64,000 nt of DNA from Coniocarpon cinnabarinum (GCA_051942205.1 JAVECO010000040.1:1-64000), one strand, 5' to 3'. Counted from the stretch's first letter, positions 13,632-27,442 are shown. Notes: generated by a model from the sequence alone, not told the origin. Made by a program: numbers and translations.

Positions 13632-14778
13632 GGACAGGGAAGGACGACGATCGAAGGGCCGCCGTGAACCCGTCAGAAATCATCCGACGATTCTGACATA
13701 GGTAGCTGGCGAAAGATTGGACGCCCTGGCGACAATTCCGTGTCTGGGTAAATCTCGGAGCACTCGTGGAGGCAACGCACGTGCGCCGCCAAGCACGGAG
13801 CAGGGCCAGCGACGCTAGAGCCGAACAGAGACGTCATGAGTGGATCTTCCCGCTGGGTGCTTGGCAGCGTCAGGCGTTTAAGGGTGTATCGATCTGCTCT
13901 GCCCAAAGCTTCCCTCTCTCATCTCGTCTGAGTCGTCTCGTGTCCAAGTCAGTCTCCGACGCCCATCAACAAGGTTTGTGCGGCTGGTGGCTGTCGCGTG
14001 CCGGCGCTTGATGCTTGAAGCTGTCACTGTGTCAGTCGGCCATCAGCAAGCGTCTCAGGCATGTCTGCGAGAGGACTGCTTCTGCCGGAAGCTGACTCCT
14101 CTGGGCAGTGGTAAGGCCCGCCCTGCGCACAAACTGTTGGATCCTCCATCTCCCGACGCTAAGGACCGAGATAATTCTCAAGTGATCAGCATGCTGGACT
14201 GCCCCTGAGCGCTGCAGAGCACCTTCACTGGGACAGAGGCTCTTCTGAATGCAGGCACAGCGACGACATGGCGCTGATGGGTGAAGTTGATGCAGTGTTG
14301 ACAATGAGTGAGATCCAGATGGCGAGGGAGGGCGTGGAAATTGCCGGAAGAGGCAAGTGTGGACGATATATCTGAGATCTGCCCGAGGGCGCCAATCGGC
14401 GGGCAGGGACCTGGGGCGGTGGGCGGTGGGCGCACTGGCGTTTTTTTGGCTTTACTTCGCGTGTGGGAGAGTCACCAGTCACCGCCCGGGCCCCATCAAA
14501 TCGTCATCCATCATTCACTCCCAGCCCAGACTCCTCGCTTCTCACTTCTCGCCTCACCACCTTCCTCGCTGCTGCCTCGCCCTTTCCTTCTGCTTCCCTT
14601 GCTTTGACATCGCATTATGCCGCTCATTACTTGAATTTTCGCTCCCCTTGAATTATTTGAGCCTTGGGAAAATTTGCTCCCATACCACAGGCTGCACGCT
14701 CCCGCCCAATGAATCGGCTGCGACGATTTCATCCTCATTAGGTAGCTTCTGCCGACCCCCGATTCCACCCACTCAAAC

Positions 14779-17087
14779 ATGCCTCGAGAACACAAAAAAC
14801 GTGGTCGGCATGCAGCCCACAAGCGTCGACGTGATGACCCCGATGAGAATGAGGCCTCCTCCTGGAAACGCCGCCGGACGTCCGAAGCTGCTGAAGACCC
14901 TGACGGCCCACCTGCAGATTTCATCGCACTTCACGATGATGCCGCAGAAGCCGATCACGAAGCCTCAGACGGCCGAGAGCGTCGATTTTACGGTTTGCTC
15001 GACGAACAAGAGCACGAGTATTTCAAAAATGCAGACCAGATGCTCGAAGTCAACCAGTTCCGTGATGCTGACGAGCGGTCCATTTTCATCGAAAATTTGC
15101 ACAAGGAAGCTGGTGGCAAGGAATTGAAACTTGCTTGCGAGCAAACGGGTTCAAGATTGATGGAGCGACTGATCCTCCTATCGACGCACGATCAGCTCAA
15201 GTCCCTGTTTCAAAAGTTTGATGGAGAGTGCGTGAACCTTGTCCTACGTGCATTCGCCTGAGTTTGCTAACTTGTTGCAGATACATCCATCTCATGTCGC
15301 ATCGATTTGCCTCCCATTGCTGTGAAACTCTCTTCAAAACGTCGGCTCCTGTTGTGAGTGAGGAGCTTGCCAACGCTCCAGTCGACCATGACGCAAACGA
15401 AATGGACGGCGTCGGCCCGTCGATGGAATCCTTGTTCCTGAATGTGCTCCACGAGCTCGACGAGAACTTGGCACACATGATCACCGACAAATTTGCCTCT
15501 CACACATTGCGTGTGCTCTTGTTCATTCTCTCTGGAAAAGCTGTCGACGATCCAGACGCCAAGTCAATCGACAAGACACAGCACAAGTCTTTAGTCGCTG
15601 GCAAAAGGAAGGCAAAAATCGCCATCGATAGCCCTGTCCAACCGTCATCTCACAGCCAGGCGAGCTTAGCTGTCCCGCAGAGCTTTTCTGACAATCTCCT
15701 GCACGTCATCCAAACGCTCGTCGCTGGGCTCGATACAACCACGCTTCGAGCTCTGGCGACTCAGCGGACTGCTAATCCTACCTTACAACTCATCCTCCAA
15801 TTGGAGTTGACTGTACTCGGAAAACAACGTGGCGTCGAAGCAGACTCAATGCTCAAAAAGCTGCTGCCAGATGACCCCATCACGCCAGAGTCAGACAGCG
15901 CCAGGTTTCTCAATGGCATCATGTCCGACCCTGTGGGCTCTCACCTCGTACAAACCGTTATACAGTACGCGCCAGGTAAAGTGTTTAAGAACTTGTACAA
16001 AGAAGTGTTCAAGAGTCACATGGCCCACCTCGCTTGCCACGACACAGCTTCTTACGTCATTTGTCAAATTCTTGAACGTTTGAGCGTGGAAGATCTCCAA
16101 CAAGCCGCAGACTCGCTCATTGCTGAGGTTCCTCGCCTTCTAGAGTGGTCAAGAACCAACATCTTGCGAACTCTGGCCGAGCGAATGACAGCACGCAAGA
16201 TCAACTCCAAGCCTCTAGCTGATGCGATCACATCCGCCTGCAGTACTGATAACTCGCGACATCTGTCCTTGCCCAAAATGCTACAGTTGCCCGACAATCT
16301 TCCAGAAGTCCCCGCCTCCACAAAGCCTGAAGCTCCTCTCCACATTGTCACGTCATCATCCCAAAATGCTGCCTCCGTTTTGACTCAGGCTCTTTTACAA
16401 ATCCCAGGACCACTGTCAGGCATGGTCTTTGATGCCCTCAACACCCTCGGTCCCAAACATCTCCGCTGCCTCGCTCACACGTCACCTCTATCTCCCATCC
16501 TACAGACCGCTCTCACCGCGGACACCGCCTCCATCATCTTTCGACGGAAATTGATCACGCAATTCTATGGAGCCATTGCCGAGTATTCACTGTCTCCTTC
16601 AGCAAGCCACGTTATCGACGCAGTCGAGCGGGGCAGTCGTCGTGATTTAGCCTTCGTCCGCGAGCGTATAGCAGAAGAACTGTCTGAGAATGAGGCGGCG
16701 TTACGTGAGAATACATTTGGTCGGAAAGTCTGGCGAAATTGGGATATGGACTTGTATCAGCGCGACCGCGACCGATGGATCAAAGAGACGCGCAGAAAGG
16801 TCGGCAACAACGGCTTCCAGAGCTTTCCAGGGCTGGTCGGTGAAGCCGATGCCGCCGCGAAAGAGAAGGGAAAAGGTGGAATCCGAAGAGTGGGCGCAAC
16901 AGCTCAAGAGAGTATACAGGCCGCGGCCGAGATTGGCGGGAACACCTACAACCTGGTCCATGAGCAGTTTTGCGAACCTCTGAAGGTCTCTGGGAAGACA
17001 GCTCTCGATCGAGCACGGGAGCGTTACGCTCAGAAACACCCACCTCAACACCAACAACCACAGACCAATGGGACAACGAGGACCTGA
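14779..17087 (+). CDS. NOP9: Nucleolar protein 9 (Pumilio-repeat 18S maturation factor)
   Basis: MPREHKKRGR start; FYGLLDEQEHEYF, HRFASHCCETL, DPVGSHLVQ, FGRKVWRNW motifs. One intron near 15.23-15.28 kb. Confidence 0.92.
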
Positions 17088-17694
17088 TCTACAGAGACGA
17101 GGTCTTCATCAACCGAAAAAAAAAAAAAGCATTTTGTGGTCTCAGACTACCTGCATGCATACGTCCTGCATGCCCTCGGCGTTTTCGAGCATCGATGCGA
17201 GTGCAAGTGAGTGGCTCTTTAGTAGACGAGTGGCGAAGTTGCGGAATACCCAAGGCGGGGCTTGTGTACGATATGTGGTGTTGTTGGGAGCGTGATGCGA
17301 TGCATATAATGAGGCTGTGAAGCCGTACATACGACGCACATACACAGACATGGCGATGGTTGGCTTATTGTGAGCATATAATCTAGCGACATATTACAGT
17401 AAAGGGCCCACTTTTACTTGACGTACCTCGTCCAGCCGTACTCCGTAATCATCCGCGATCCCAGTCTGGGTGGCGCGAGTCATGGAGCGTCAGGCCAACA
17501 CGTAGCCAGCTACTCGGGCGAGCTCTCTTTCCGCGACCGCACTCTGACTCTCCTCTGTGCATGTTGTACATCCACTCCCAGTCCACTCGACTGTTTCGAC
17601 TGATGCAGGCACTCGGAGCTTCGGTGGGTCTTGCGGGTCGGTGACACGTCGCTCTTGCCTCCTTCTTCACGTCACTGCCCTCGACGCCCACGTC

Positions 17695-19576
17695 ATGTCC
17701 GCCCACCCCTACTCTTCTCCGCGCTCGCGCCCGCCTTCTGTCAATGTCCCTCCCTCGGACCTGTCCATCGACGCCGGCGAGCAGCACAGGAACAGCTTCT
17801 CGGGCTCGAGAGGCACCCCCTCGCCAGTCTCCCACAGCCACAGTCACCACCGTGGGTCCTGGTCGCAGGACCTGAGAGGCGTCCCAGCCAGTCCCCATCG
17901 AGCGCGTCAGCCGTCGATGTCGCAGCCAGCGCTGCAAGAGCTGTTCAGCAACCCGCCCATTCCGCAAAAGAGTGAGAACAATCCATTCGCCGGCAGGGAT
18001 TGGAGGACTATCACTGCGGAGGAAATTGTTGATGCGGAAGAGGTCCGCTGGGTGGAGGAGACTACGAGTGTGGAAGAGGCAACAAAAGTGAGTCCGAACA
18101 AGTGACACTTATGGCATGGTATTGGTGTGCGTGTCAGGCCCCAGCATATCGTGTGGTTGTCTCGAGCGAAGCGCGATTCTTTCAGCTCAGACCAAGACAT
18201 GTGCTGTTTACCCTGCGGGTTCGTCTGTGCATAAGATCTCTGGAACCCCCGCATACCAAGACTGCAGACTCATCGCAGCCCTCTGTAAGATTTGCTAACG
18301 CTTTGCGTAGAGTTTGACCAGAGGCGCGCCCAATGTCGTCCTCATTCGCCCCGACTCGAGATCTCACCGCGCAATCGGTACTTTTGATTACAGTGACCTC
18401 AACGCGTATCTGCTGCTGGTCGTCGGCCTGGCTCGTCCCGATATTGCCCACTTGCAGTCGTTCAATGAGCTTGCCCGCAAGGGAAGAGAAGGCCAAGTAG
18501 TACCTGTGAAAGACATCAAAGATATTGGCCGACGAGAGCCAGCCGTGCTTCTGCCTCACACTGCGAGGATCCCGCATGCCGTCGAGATCTTCGGCAGTGG
18601 CGTCCACCGAATCCTGATTGCAAGCGAGGGCACTCAGGAGATCATTGGCATACTGACACAACTGCGGCTCGTAAAATTCTTCTGGGAAAATGGTAGGAAC
18701 TTTCCTCAAATCGACAGACTCTTCCCTAGCTCTTTGATGGATTTGAGGATCGGCAACAAGGCAGTGACCGCCATCAAGTAAGTGCCGCAGGTCCGATTTA
18801 CTGAAGACCCTGGTTGAGTTGACGATACGTGTAGTGGTGATAAGCCTTTGACGGACGCTCTCGAAATGATGAACAATGAGAGCATTACGTCTCTTCCAGT
18901 ACTCGACAACGAGCGCAACGTGGTGGGCAATATATCCCACGTCGATGTTCGCGTACGTGGCTTTGCACTTTCACACAAGCGAGCGTAGCTAACAATCTCT
19001 TGACAGCTTTTGACCAAATCAACCTCTCTTCCACTACTCCACTCTTCCTGCATTCATTTCATATCCGTCATTCTTTCGGAGCGCGGCATGGACGACGGCA
19101 AAGACTCTTTTCCGGTCTTCTACGTGTCTCCATACTCGACACTCGCGCACACAGTCGCGAAGCTCACAGCCACACGCTCGCATCGCATGTGGATCGTCGA
19201 CCAACCTTCGCCCTCTGGATCGGCACCAAACACGCCGTCCCTCGCACCCACTACCATACCACACCCCAGTTCGGCAACTTCGGCGACCGCGGGTCCTCCT
19301 TACACGCCGGCAGTAGGGAACACGGTGCCGGCTTCTAGTCTACCAGGTCAGCATATGAGTGGTCGTCTGTCTGGCGTGATCAGCCTGACAGACGTTTTGA
19401 ACCTTTTCGCACGTGCAAGTGGACTCAGCCCACACGACCCGGATGAGGCGAGGAGGCAACGGCGAGGGAGCTCAAGCAGCAGTGTGAGGGCGAGCATAGA
19501 CAGCGCACGCAGCAGCAGTGTGGATCTCAGCCGAAGTCAGAGTGACGTCCAAGAGCAGAGATTGCCAAGAAGATAG
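17695..19576 (+). CDS. SDS23: CBS-domain protein SDS23/24, 4 exons
   Basis: [60 protein letters not shown] and GVISLTDVL motifs. Confidence 0.9.
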
Positions 19577-20065
19577 CATGAGAGACGGCAGAGTTATTAG
19601 ATGGGGGCAAGAAATTGTTATCCAAAATTTGACGTGAGACCTCGATGCTCTGTCCCACGTCCAGGGCGCGCTCAGATATGTGATTGATGTGAGCGTAAGC
19701 GTATGCGAGGCCCATGATGGACGACGGAAATGATACCAAAATGAATTGCAGCTTATTTCGCAAGGATCAAAAGTATGTGTGAGTGGCGTCACTCGTCGTG
19801 AAAGCAAGTAGATGGGCTCGAGGACTCTCGCAATGCCACTCCATGAACTTCAATATCACTTGCCGCAGAATCCCACTTGGTGATTATGCTAGTAGTTGTA
19901 GGTATGTGTGATACAAAGCCTGACCCTGCCTAATAGCTCTCACTTGATTCATTCGAGAACCGTAATAATATCATCCGAGACCGTTCATTCGTAGAGCATC
20001 CCGTGCGACTGAGCGGTGCAGCTGGTCGAGTGGAGCTTCTGATTACGGGGCACTTGTTCATAAAC

Positions 20066-20884
20066 ATGTCACAACAAACACTGCCTGTGAGACCGGAGGG
20101 TCAAAAGAAACTGCAAGAACTAAGCGAGGAGTATCAATCATTACAGACCAGTGAGTTACAGCGACTCTCTCCTCCGTCAGACACGCTTTACGTGGGCCAC
20201 ATACGGGGCAAAGCTTTCGCTTTTGCTCCCCCATGCCTGCTGCAATATTTTGTCGCATTATAAATTTTCTTCCGCTTCTAGGCTTCGGCAGACCGTGTCA
20301 CAATGTTTTTTTTTGAGCTATACTCACCATCTGAGCTACTATGCCTGAGTTTCAACCCGCAAACCCCTATTTTACCCTTGGCTGACTAACTGATGATACA
20401 GAGATCTCAGATTCAGTGCAGACGAGACAACGCTTGACGACGCAAAAGACTGAGAATGAATCCGTTACCAAAGTTCTGAAGGAGATGCCCGACGACGAAG
20501 AGAAGGGCAAGGTCTTCAAGCTGACGGGACCGGTCTTGATGAGCATGGCCAAGGGAGAGGCCAGTGATGTTGTTGGAGGTAGGGGAAGGCTTGTGGGCTC
20601 GGAGCTGTGAGTGTCTTGTTCTACTCGCACGATGAGTGAATGCTTGTCGTACTCGTGCGGACCACTTGACGGTATTCATGACAATATGCTTATGGGTTCA
20701 TCAATAGGGATCGATTAGATCAGCAGCTTAAGGATTACAATGCTCGAGCTGAGCAGACGAGATCAGAGGTATGTTCTACCCCTTTCTCGTTCCTCGTAGC
20801 TCTGGTGGAGGGGTCGGCTTGATGACTGGATACTGACTCAAGTAGATAATGCGCATACAAGCAGAAGCCCAGGGTGAACAGTAA
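20066..20884 (+). CDS. YKE2: Prefoldin subunit 6, 4 exons
   Basis: Spliced product with RQRLTTQKTENESV..KVFKLTGPVL coiled-coil/beta-hairpin pattern. Introns 20151-20401, 20607-20707 and ~20769-20845 keep frame. Confidence 0.85.
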
Positions 20885-21204
20885 TGTCGCCCGCTTATTT
20901 CACAAACCGCAATGATGTTCTCCTTGAGCATGCTAGTATATTTCTCCCCTACCTGTGTCACGAATCTTGACACCGCTTCCCTAAACAACATGAACATACC
21001 ATCAATCCGTCCAGTCGAACTTGGTGTCATCCTACTGTTGTATAGTACCTTGCCACTCACGATGACGGGACGCAACTGCGCCGATATTTCCAGAACGTAA
21101 AGGTCGCTCAACGATATAGCGGCTTTCTTCTCGATCGAAACATCTCGCCTATCCCCTGCGCTTCCAAGCGCAAGTGACGTTTGGAAGTAGCCGCTATTTC
21201 TCGA

Positions 21205-22869
21205 ATGGACGACGCTGCGTGGCTGGGAGCTGCAAGCGTTAACGTCTTTACTCAATCGGTAGAGGAAGATGCAGTCTCCTATCAGATTGTCTTACTGCCA
21301 GAGTCTAACAACACTCAACGCATCACTCGTCTCAGAGAGGTTCGTAAGAGCATCTCTAACCTGGGACGCCAACTGATCAAAGATTACGTCTGGCACCGCG
21401 AGAGATTCAGCGTCGAGCTCATTGGGCCCGCTCCTTTTCCACACCTTTCGGGCAAATCGACATTTGGAGATTCCCTGGCCGACGAGTGGACGATAGTGTA
21501 TATACTAAGGGAACTGAGTCTGACACATCCTGATTGCTGGATACGTGTGCATGATCAGGATGGCGAGTTCTTACTGGTGGAGGCCGCCAACGCGCTACCA
21601 AAATGGCTGGAGCCAGATGTTGCATCTTGCCGAGTCTGGATGAACCATGGTCGCCTCCTTCTGTTGCCACCGTCGTTGGAAAATCCCAGAGATTCATCCG
21701 CACCGCCGGGCGAGATTGATCTCGAGACAGCTCTTACGTTCATTACAGCTCACGCAGCCGATGTCCTGCATTTACCAGAAGTTCAAGCCGAGGCCTTCTC
21801 TCGATTAAAGTCCTACCCACAGCAGCTTCAAGCATCGACGCACATTGGTGCTGCAATGCTGCCGAGAAAGCTAGCATACATCATTCACCATGCCCCTGCA
21901 ACCATTAGTAGTGCAGTATGGGCTTTTCAGAAGCGAGACAGGTCGCATGCCAGAACTCTCGAGAACGTGGATTGGTATCATTTTCCACCGGCAGATCTTG
22001 TCCGCATGGCTATTCGTTTCAGTCGAACCAGCTTTGCTCAGCTGAAGAGCGAAGACCTCTCACTGCCAAACGAATGGAGTCAAGTTGAACATATCAAGTC
22101 TCAAAAGACTCTGAATGAGCTTGATTTAGGACTCAAGGTCACTGCAGGTTACGAGCTACTGATGCGAGACTCCACGCTACAATCGAGTCGAGCAGGACGT
22201 GAAGTGCAAGTTTTCCTGAATGACATTGAGGAGGATGACATCACCTTGCCAGGCAATGAAGAGATTGCTCAATGGCCGCAGCGTGAAGAGTCAGAGGATT
22301 GGCTTGATGTGAACTATGAGGACTTCGAGAGAGAACTCTCAGGCGTTTCCTCGTCAAACTTGCAACCGAGCTTCAAAGACACGAATGCTGAAGATGGTTT
22401 GCGGAGGGTGATAGCAGGTTTTGAAAAGCTTATGAATGATGATGACGATGATCACGCGCAGCTTAGAGACTTCCTGTCTGGTGATGACGTTGAGGGCAGT
22501 GGTGGCTCTCATGACGAGAGTGCAGATGATCAGCCAACATTGCAAAACGTTGACCGCGCTGGCGAGCACACTTCACTCCTGAACGTACGCCAGCCCCAGG
22601 AAACTGCCAAAGATTCCAGCAGGCTTGATGCAGGAGCAGAGGTGCCACCAATGGAGGAGATAGACCCAGAGGAAGACGAGCCAACCATTGAAGAAGTCCA
22701 ACAGATGCTACACGAAATGCAGGCGGAATTGCAACACGAAGGCGTGTTGGATGGCAATGATCCGAATGCGCTTCAAAACGCGCTCGCCCAACACGACGGG
22801 GATGATGGTGAAGGAACAGATGCTCGCCACTTGTTGGCCCGCAACTTTCTGGCCAGCCTGAAAGGGTGA
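21205..22869 (+). CDS. Ecdysoneless/SGT1-family protein
   Basis: FGDSLADEW.IVYILRELS, DQDGEFLLVEAANALPKWL, RVWMNHG, LGLKVTAGYE and ESEDWL motifs. Intronless ORF. Confidence 0.88.
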   Translation: MDDAAWLGAASVNVFTQSVEEDAVSYQIVLLPESNNTQRITRLREVRKSISNLGRQLIKDYVWHRERFSVELIGPAPFPHLSGKSTFGDSLADEWTIVYILRELSLTHPDCWIRVHDQDGEFLLVEAANALPKWLEPDVASCRVWMNHGRLLLLPPSLENPRDSSAPPGEIDLETALTFITAHAADVLHLPEVQAEAFSRLKSYPQQLQASTHIGAAMLPRKLAYIIHHAPATISSAVWAFQKRDRSHARTLENVDWYHFPPADLVRMAIRFSRTSFAQLKSEDLSLPNEWSQVEHIKSQKTLNELDLGLKVTAGYELLMRDSTLQSSRAGREVQVFLNDIEEDDITLPGNEEIAQWPQREESEDWLDVNYEDFERELSGVSSSNLQPSFKDTNAEDGLRRVIAGFEKLMNDDDDDHAQLRDFLSGDDVEGSGGSHDESADDQPTLQNVDRAGEHTSLLNVRQPQETAKDSSRLDAGAEVPPMEEIDPEEDEPTIEEVQQMLHEMQAELQHEGVLDGNDPNALQNALAQHDGDDGEGTDARHLLARNFLASLKG

Positions 22870-23829
22870 AGGTATGGCGGACTACCGAGTGTCGCTCTTT
22901 CTGGGAAGACGAATCAAATGACAATGGTACAGTAGTGTAGGATAAATACAGCGCATGTTCGTATTGAGGGATTCAGGACCAACAGGACGCCATTGGAGGC
23001 TGCAAGCAGCTGGGCGTTTGCATACCAGACCTGAATGGTCGTGACTGCAAGGTAACGCACACATGACACGAGAGAAAGAGTTGTGTGGCATTGCACACGC
23101 CTGAGACATATCAGTCCACAGACGGTTGAGTATTGGGTGGTTGAGTGACGGGGTGATGAGTGCGGACGGAAGAAATAGAAATGACTGCATCCAAATTTGG
23201 CACCGCCGAGTCCCCAGGGAGACTAGTGTGGACTCGCTTTGGCCCCCCATCTTGCAGCTTCTCACCTTTTCCTCCTGTCCCGTCTCTCAGCCACAAATGT
23301 CTCTGCTCACCAACACCGGACCTTCACCCCTTGCGGACCCTTCGCGTACGCCTCCTCAGCCAGTCTTTCACAACCATCAATACACCCCAGAATCTGTCAG
23401 ACTGGCTCCGCTGACTTCCGTCGCCGTCGCTGGTTTCGCTGACCTGACTTCGCCTACCCCACGTCCCGGCAATGCATGCGGAACGATTCACGCCTAAAAA
23501 ATGGCGCATCACAATCACCATCTCGTAAGCTCAACAGGGACGAAGAGTTTGCAGTAGTTTCCCAGAAAACGGGGTCTAGCGTATGCGAGGCAGTCATCAC
23601 TACGCGAGTGGTTGCCTCTTGTATAAAATTTTGCATGCCTCCTGCATCTTTGACACATCTCCCTTCTTGTATCTTCACCTCGACCTCATCTCATCACCCA
23701 CCTAAGGCCTACCCTTCTCATTACCCTGGAAAATAATTTGCTTGTTTGCAGCATTAAATTGTTTGCATAAGCCTGCATTGCATTGGTATCCTGTAGCCCA
23801 CAACCGCCTCACCAAAAAGAACCCTCAAC

Positions 23830-24453
23830 ATGCATCACTTTGCCCTCCTCGCAAGCCTTGCAGCAACCGCACTGGCTCTTCCAGCACCAGTCCCTGCTGG
23901 CGGTCCGTCATGTCCTCTCCCCAGCGGCTGTTCCTACCCGGTCGGTACTGTCATGGAATTTGCCGTCCTTCAGCCATCGGGTAACGACTACATGGCGTCC
24001 AACTACACACAGGGTCCGCCAACTCCACCAGATGCATTCATTAAGAAGGATGCGAGCGACCCATCGCCGCCTCTGAGATTCGTCACCACCAATGAGACCG
24101 ATTCGGTGGGCTACACAGGTATCGCACTACAGGACCCCGGCTACGGTTTGCAAGTGAGAGTGGATCAAGGTCGTGGGGTCTATGTGGCAGAAAACGCGAA
24201 CATGAGAGAGTTCTACCTGCATGGTGGAGGTCTGTACCACGAGCAAGCTCCGTCAGGTTTCTACTGTGAGCTCTACCCTCATCGAAGCCAAAACAAAAAT
24301 CATGGCGACTAACGAGATGCAGTTTGCGACGCAGATGCACCGGGCCTGGCGGACCCGGGCGTTTCACGCATTGGTCTCTGGGATGGTGTCAAGACGCCGA
24401 GAGGATGCGTGGGAGGCGCGGTGCTTGTAGCCTTCTATGGACAATTGGTGTGA
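23830..24453 (+). CDS. Small secreted protein (~190 aa, 4 Cys), unknown function, 2 exons
   Basis: Signal peptide MHHFALLASLAATALA-LP. Intron GTGAGC..CTAAC..CAG near 24266-24322 gives a C-terminus FYFCDADAPG...FYGQLV*. Confidence 0.75.
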
Positions 24454-24940
24454 GCTGCAAGACTCGGACAAGTGCCGTAACTTGAGATGATAGCACACAC
24501 GGCATCCTCAGAGCTTGGAGAAAGGGATTGTGATGGAAAGTCATAGCTCTTGCACGCTGCTGTGGTGTCGCATCGCCTCCACGAAGCGGTTTAGAGAGGT
24601 CCTGCGACGACCGTATAATATTCTCATGCCAACCTTACTCTTAAAAGCTTAACTCTCTACAATCCTTCCTATAACTTCTACGACGATTTCACAGTTAGAG
24701 TTCTACGGCCTTGCACGTGCCGGATCTCGTAACCAGATTCTGCACCATTTGTCAACTCGGTCTGACGTCAAAGATCTACGCACTGCCATTGGGTCATTGA
24801 TTCGCGTCATAATTCACCATGGACGTCAACCTAACAGCGGGCTAGTGCCTCCTGGCTCACACTGTGCTCTTGCGACAAGTCTACGTCAAGGACATTCAGT
24901 CGAACTCCAAGCGCAGCGAAGGCATCACACTGCTTTCACG

Positions 24941-26098
24941 ATGGCCGCGCCCAAGAACCCGACAAAAGTCCTTGTCGTCGGAGCATCGGGATACATTGGG
25001 GGGACGTAAGTTCATTCAGAGGCTCTCACTACATCGCAGCTTGTGCTTTGTGGATATTGTCTCTAACAACTCGCTATCAGTGTCTTCAGCTCCATCCTGA
25101 CCTCGCCATCCACCGCGCTCCAACAATGCGCCTTCTCCGTCTTGCTCCGCAATCCCGCTCAGCATGACTACTTCAAATCCAAGCACGCGAACATCATTCC
25201 CTTCAGCGACCTTGAAGACACAGACACGATCCGCACCGCTGCTGCTGAGCATGACGTCGTTGTCAACTGCTCCACTGGCTTCGCCACCAACGCCGCCCGC
25301 GCACTCATCCAAGGGTTGGGCGAGCGCAAACGAAATACAGGTCACACTGTACGGTACATGCACACGAGTGGAACCAGCAATCTCGGCGATCGACCTGTTT
25401 CGAAGAAGTACGTGGAGCCGCGGTACGCTGAAGGCCGATCCTTCCTCGATACCGAGGACATCGACAGCTACATGCGCATGCGCGAGGAGAAGGAGCAATA
25501 TCCACAACGCTCGACCGACGTGGTCGTAATCGATACCGGACTGCAGGAACAAGTACCGACATATATCATCATGCCGCCGACGATCTGGGGCAAAGGTTCT
25601 GGCGCATTCAACAAACGCAGCATCCAGATTCCGTCACTGTGCAAAGCCGCGTTAAAGAATGGGTATAGCGTTTGCCTTGGCAAGGGTGAAGGACAGATGG
25701 ACCATGTCCACGTCCAAGATCTGGCGCAGGTATACGAAAACCTACTCATCGCATTGCTGGAAGGCAATCCAGAAAAATTCCCAAGTGGAAGAGAGGGCAT
25801 CTATTTTGCGGAGACGGGTCCACATACATGGCGTGACGTCGCAGAGGGCATCGCAAAAGTTGGCGCCGAGCTTGGCGCGTTCAAGGAACGAGAAGTCAGA
25901 GAAGTGGAATTGGAAGAGGCGGGGAAGCTGCTAGGTGGGAACACGGAAGTGGGACAGCAGGTTGAACTGCAATTTGCGTTGAGCACGCGGACGAAGACGA
26001 CGAAGGCTCGGGCGCTTTGGGAGCCACAATTCACCAAGGAGGACTTTTTGGGTTCATTTCGGGATGAGATGGAAGTGGCGATGGGGTTGCATGACTGA
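24941..26098 (+). CDS. NAD(P)-binding epimerase/dehydratase-like (atypical SDR) protein
   Basis: VLVVGASGYIGG Rossmann motif; YMHTSGTS, PPTIWGKG and HVHVQDLA motifs. Intron 25006-25080. Confidence 0.88.
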
Positions 26099-26651
26099 GC
26101 TGGTTTCCGTCGTCGATCCTTTCCCTTGGTGCATTCTTCACAGCACCCGAAAGTTGGGGACTGCTTCAGTGGTGCCGAGAGATTGGGTGGGATCACGAAT
26201 TAAGCTGGAGGCACCGGTGTCGTTAGTGGTCGCCAACAAGCTCCCGGTCCATGCACGCTGCTTGTTTATTTAAGGGCTAGTCTATTCCCATCGCAGCAGG
26301 CACATGCCCCTGCTCAGCAGGTCGGCATGGAAATGCAGGTCATCACCAAGCGCCGGATGATCGTTCGAAAAGCCTCAAAGATGTCACCACCACTCCATAT
26401 ACTGGAAGTCCAAAGAAGTCCCATCACGACCAAATCATCACGTACAAAGTCTTGACTTTCGCCACCGAACATATCAGGCGCGGCACCCCTAGTTGCCTAT
26501 CCCCTAGTTGACCTATACGACCGTCAACACCGGCGATGTATCAGCGCGTTGGTCGACCGTCCTTGCCGTCTACCTATCTACAATCAAGTTGTCGTTGTTG
26601 AATCCTCCAAGTTCTCTCGAAACTTGGAGATCTGAAACGCTAAGCCATCTG

Positions 26652-27139
26652 TATTTATGGACGAATCCGCGTTTATCAAAGCGAATGGTCCCCGTAAGAA
26701 GCCCTCCTAGAAAGTCACGCTTCGCTTCGCTTCGCTTCGTTACCAACATTCTCTGGACAAGTTCAATAAGCAAGTTAGACAATCGTACTTGGCGACTTCT
26801 TACTTATTAAGTATATATAAGTAATGAAATAGGTTATTGACGATGGTTAATAGGCATTCACTTCTTCAAAGTCATGAAATGGACCAATCCAACTCTATGT
26901 ATGAACGAATCCGCGTTTATCAAAGCGAATGGTCCCCGTAAGAAACCCTCCTAGAAAGTCACGCTTCACTTCGCTTCGCCTCGTCACCGACACTTCCTGA
27001 GACGAGTTCAATAAGCAAGTTTGATAACCGTACTTTGCGAGTTCTTGCTTACTCGTGGAATGCATGTAAGTAGTGAAATAGGTTATTAACAATTCTAAAT
27101 ACATCCACTTTAAAGTCACTAAATAGATGAATCCAAGTC
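26652..27139. repeat. Direct tandem duplication, period ~244 bp
   Basis: ACGAATCCGCGTTTATCAAAGCGAATGGTCCCCGTAAGAA occurs at 26661 and 26905, and similarity continues through both units. Confidence 0.92.
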
Positions 27140-27441
27140 TTTTCCATTTCGGTCGCTTGCTCTCTTGTTTCTTCTTTTGAGGGAGGAAAGACTGAGATTT
27201 TGAATGGATAGAGGGAGACGGTGCTGAAAAGAGGGCGAGAAAAAGGGTAGTAGCCAGTGTTCTTCGTAAAGTAATTATACTCTTGCCGGTGTTATAACCA
27301 CTATACTATAAATGTAACGGTTTATAGTTGCACTATAGCTACTAAGAAAAGCGCTTATTGGTTAATAATAGTTATAGGTGGTAAATATAGTGTGGATATT
27401 AAGTAAGTAACGTGGGCGCTGCTACTATTACTACGAGGACG

Positions 27442-27442
<1 letters not shown>

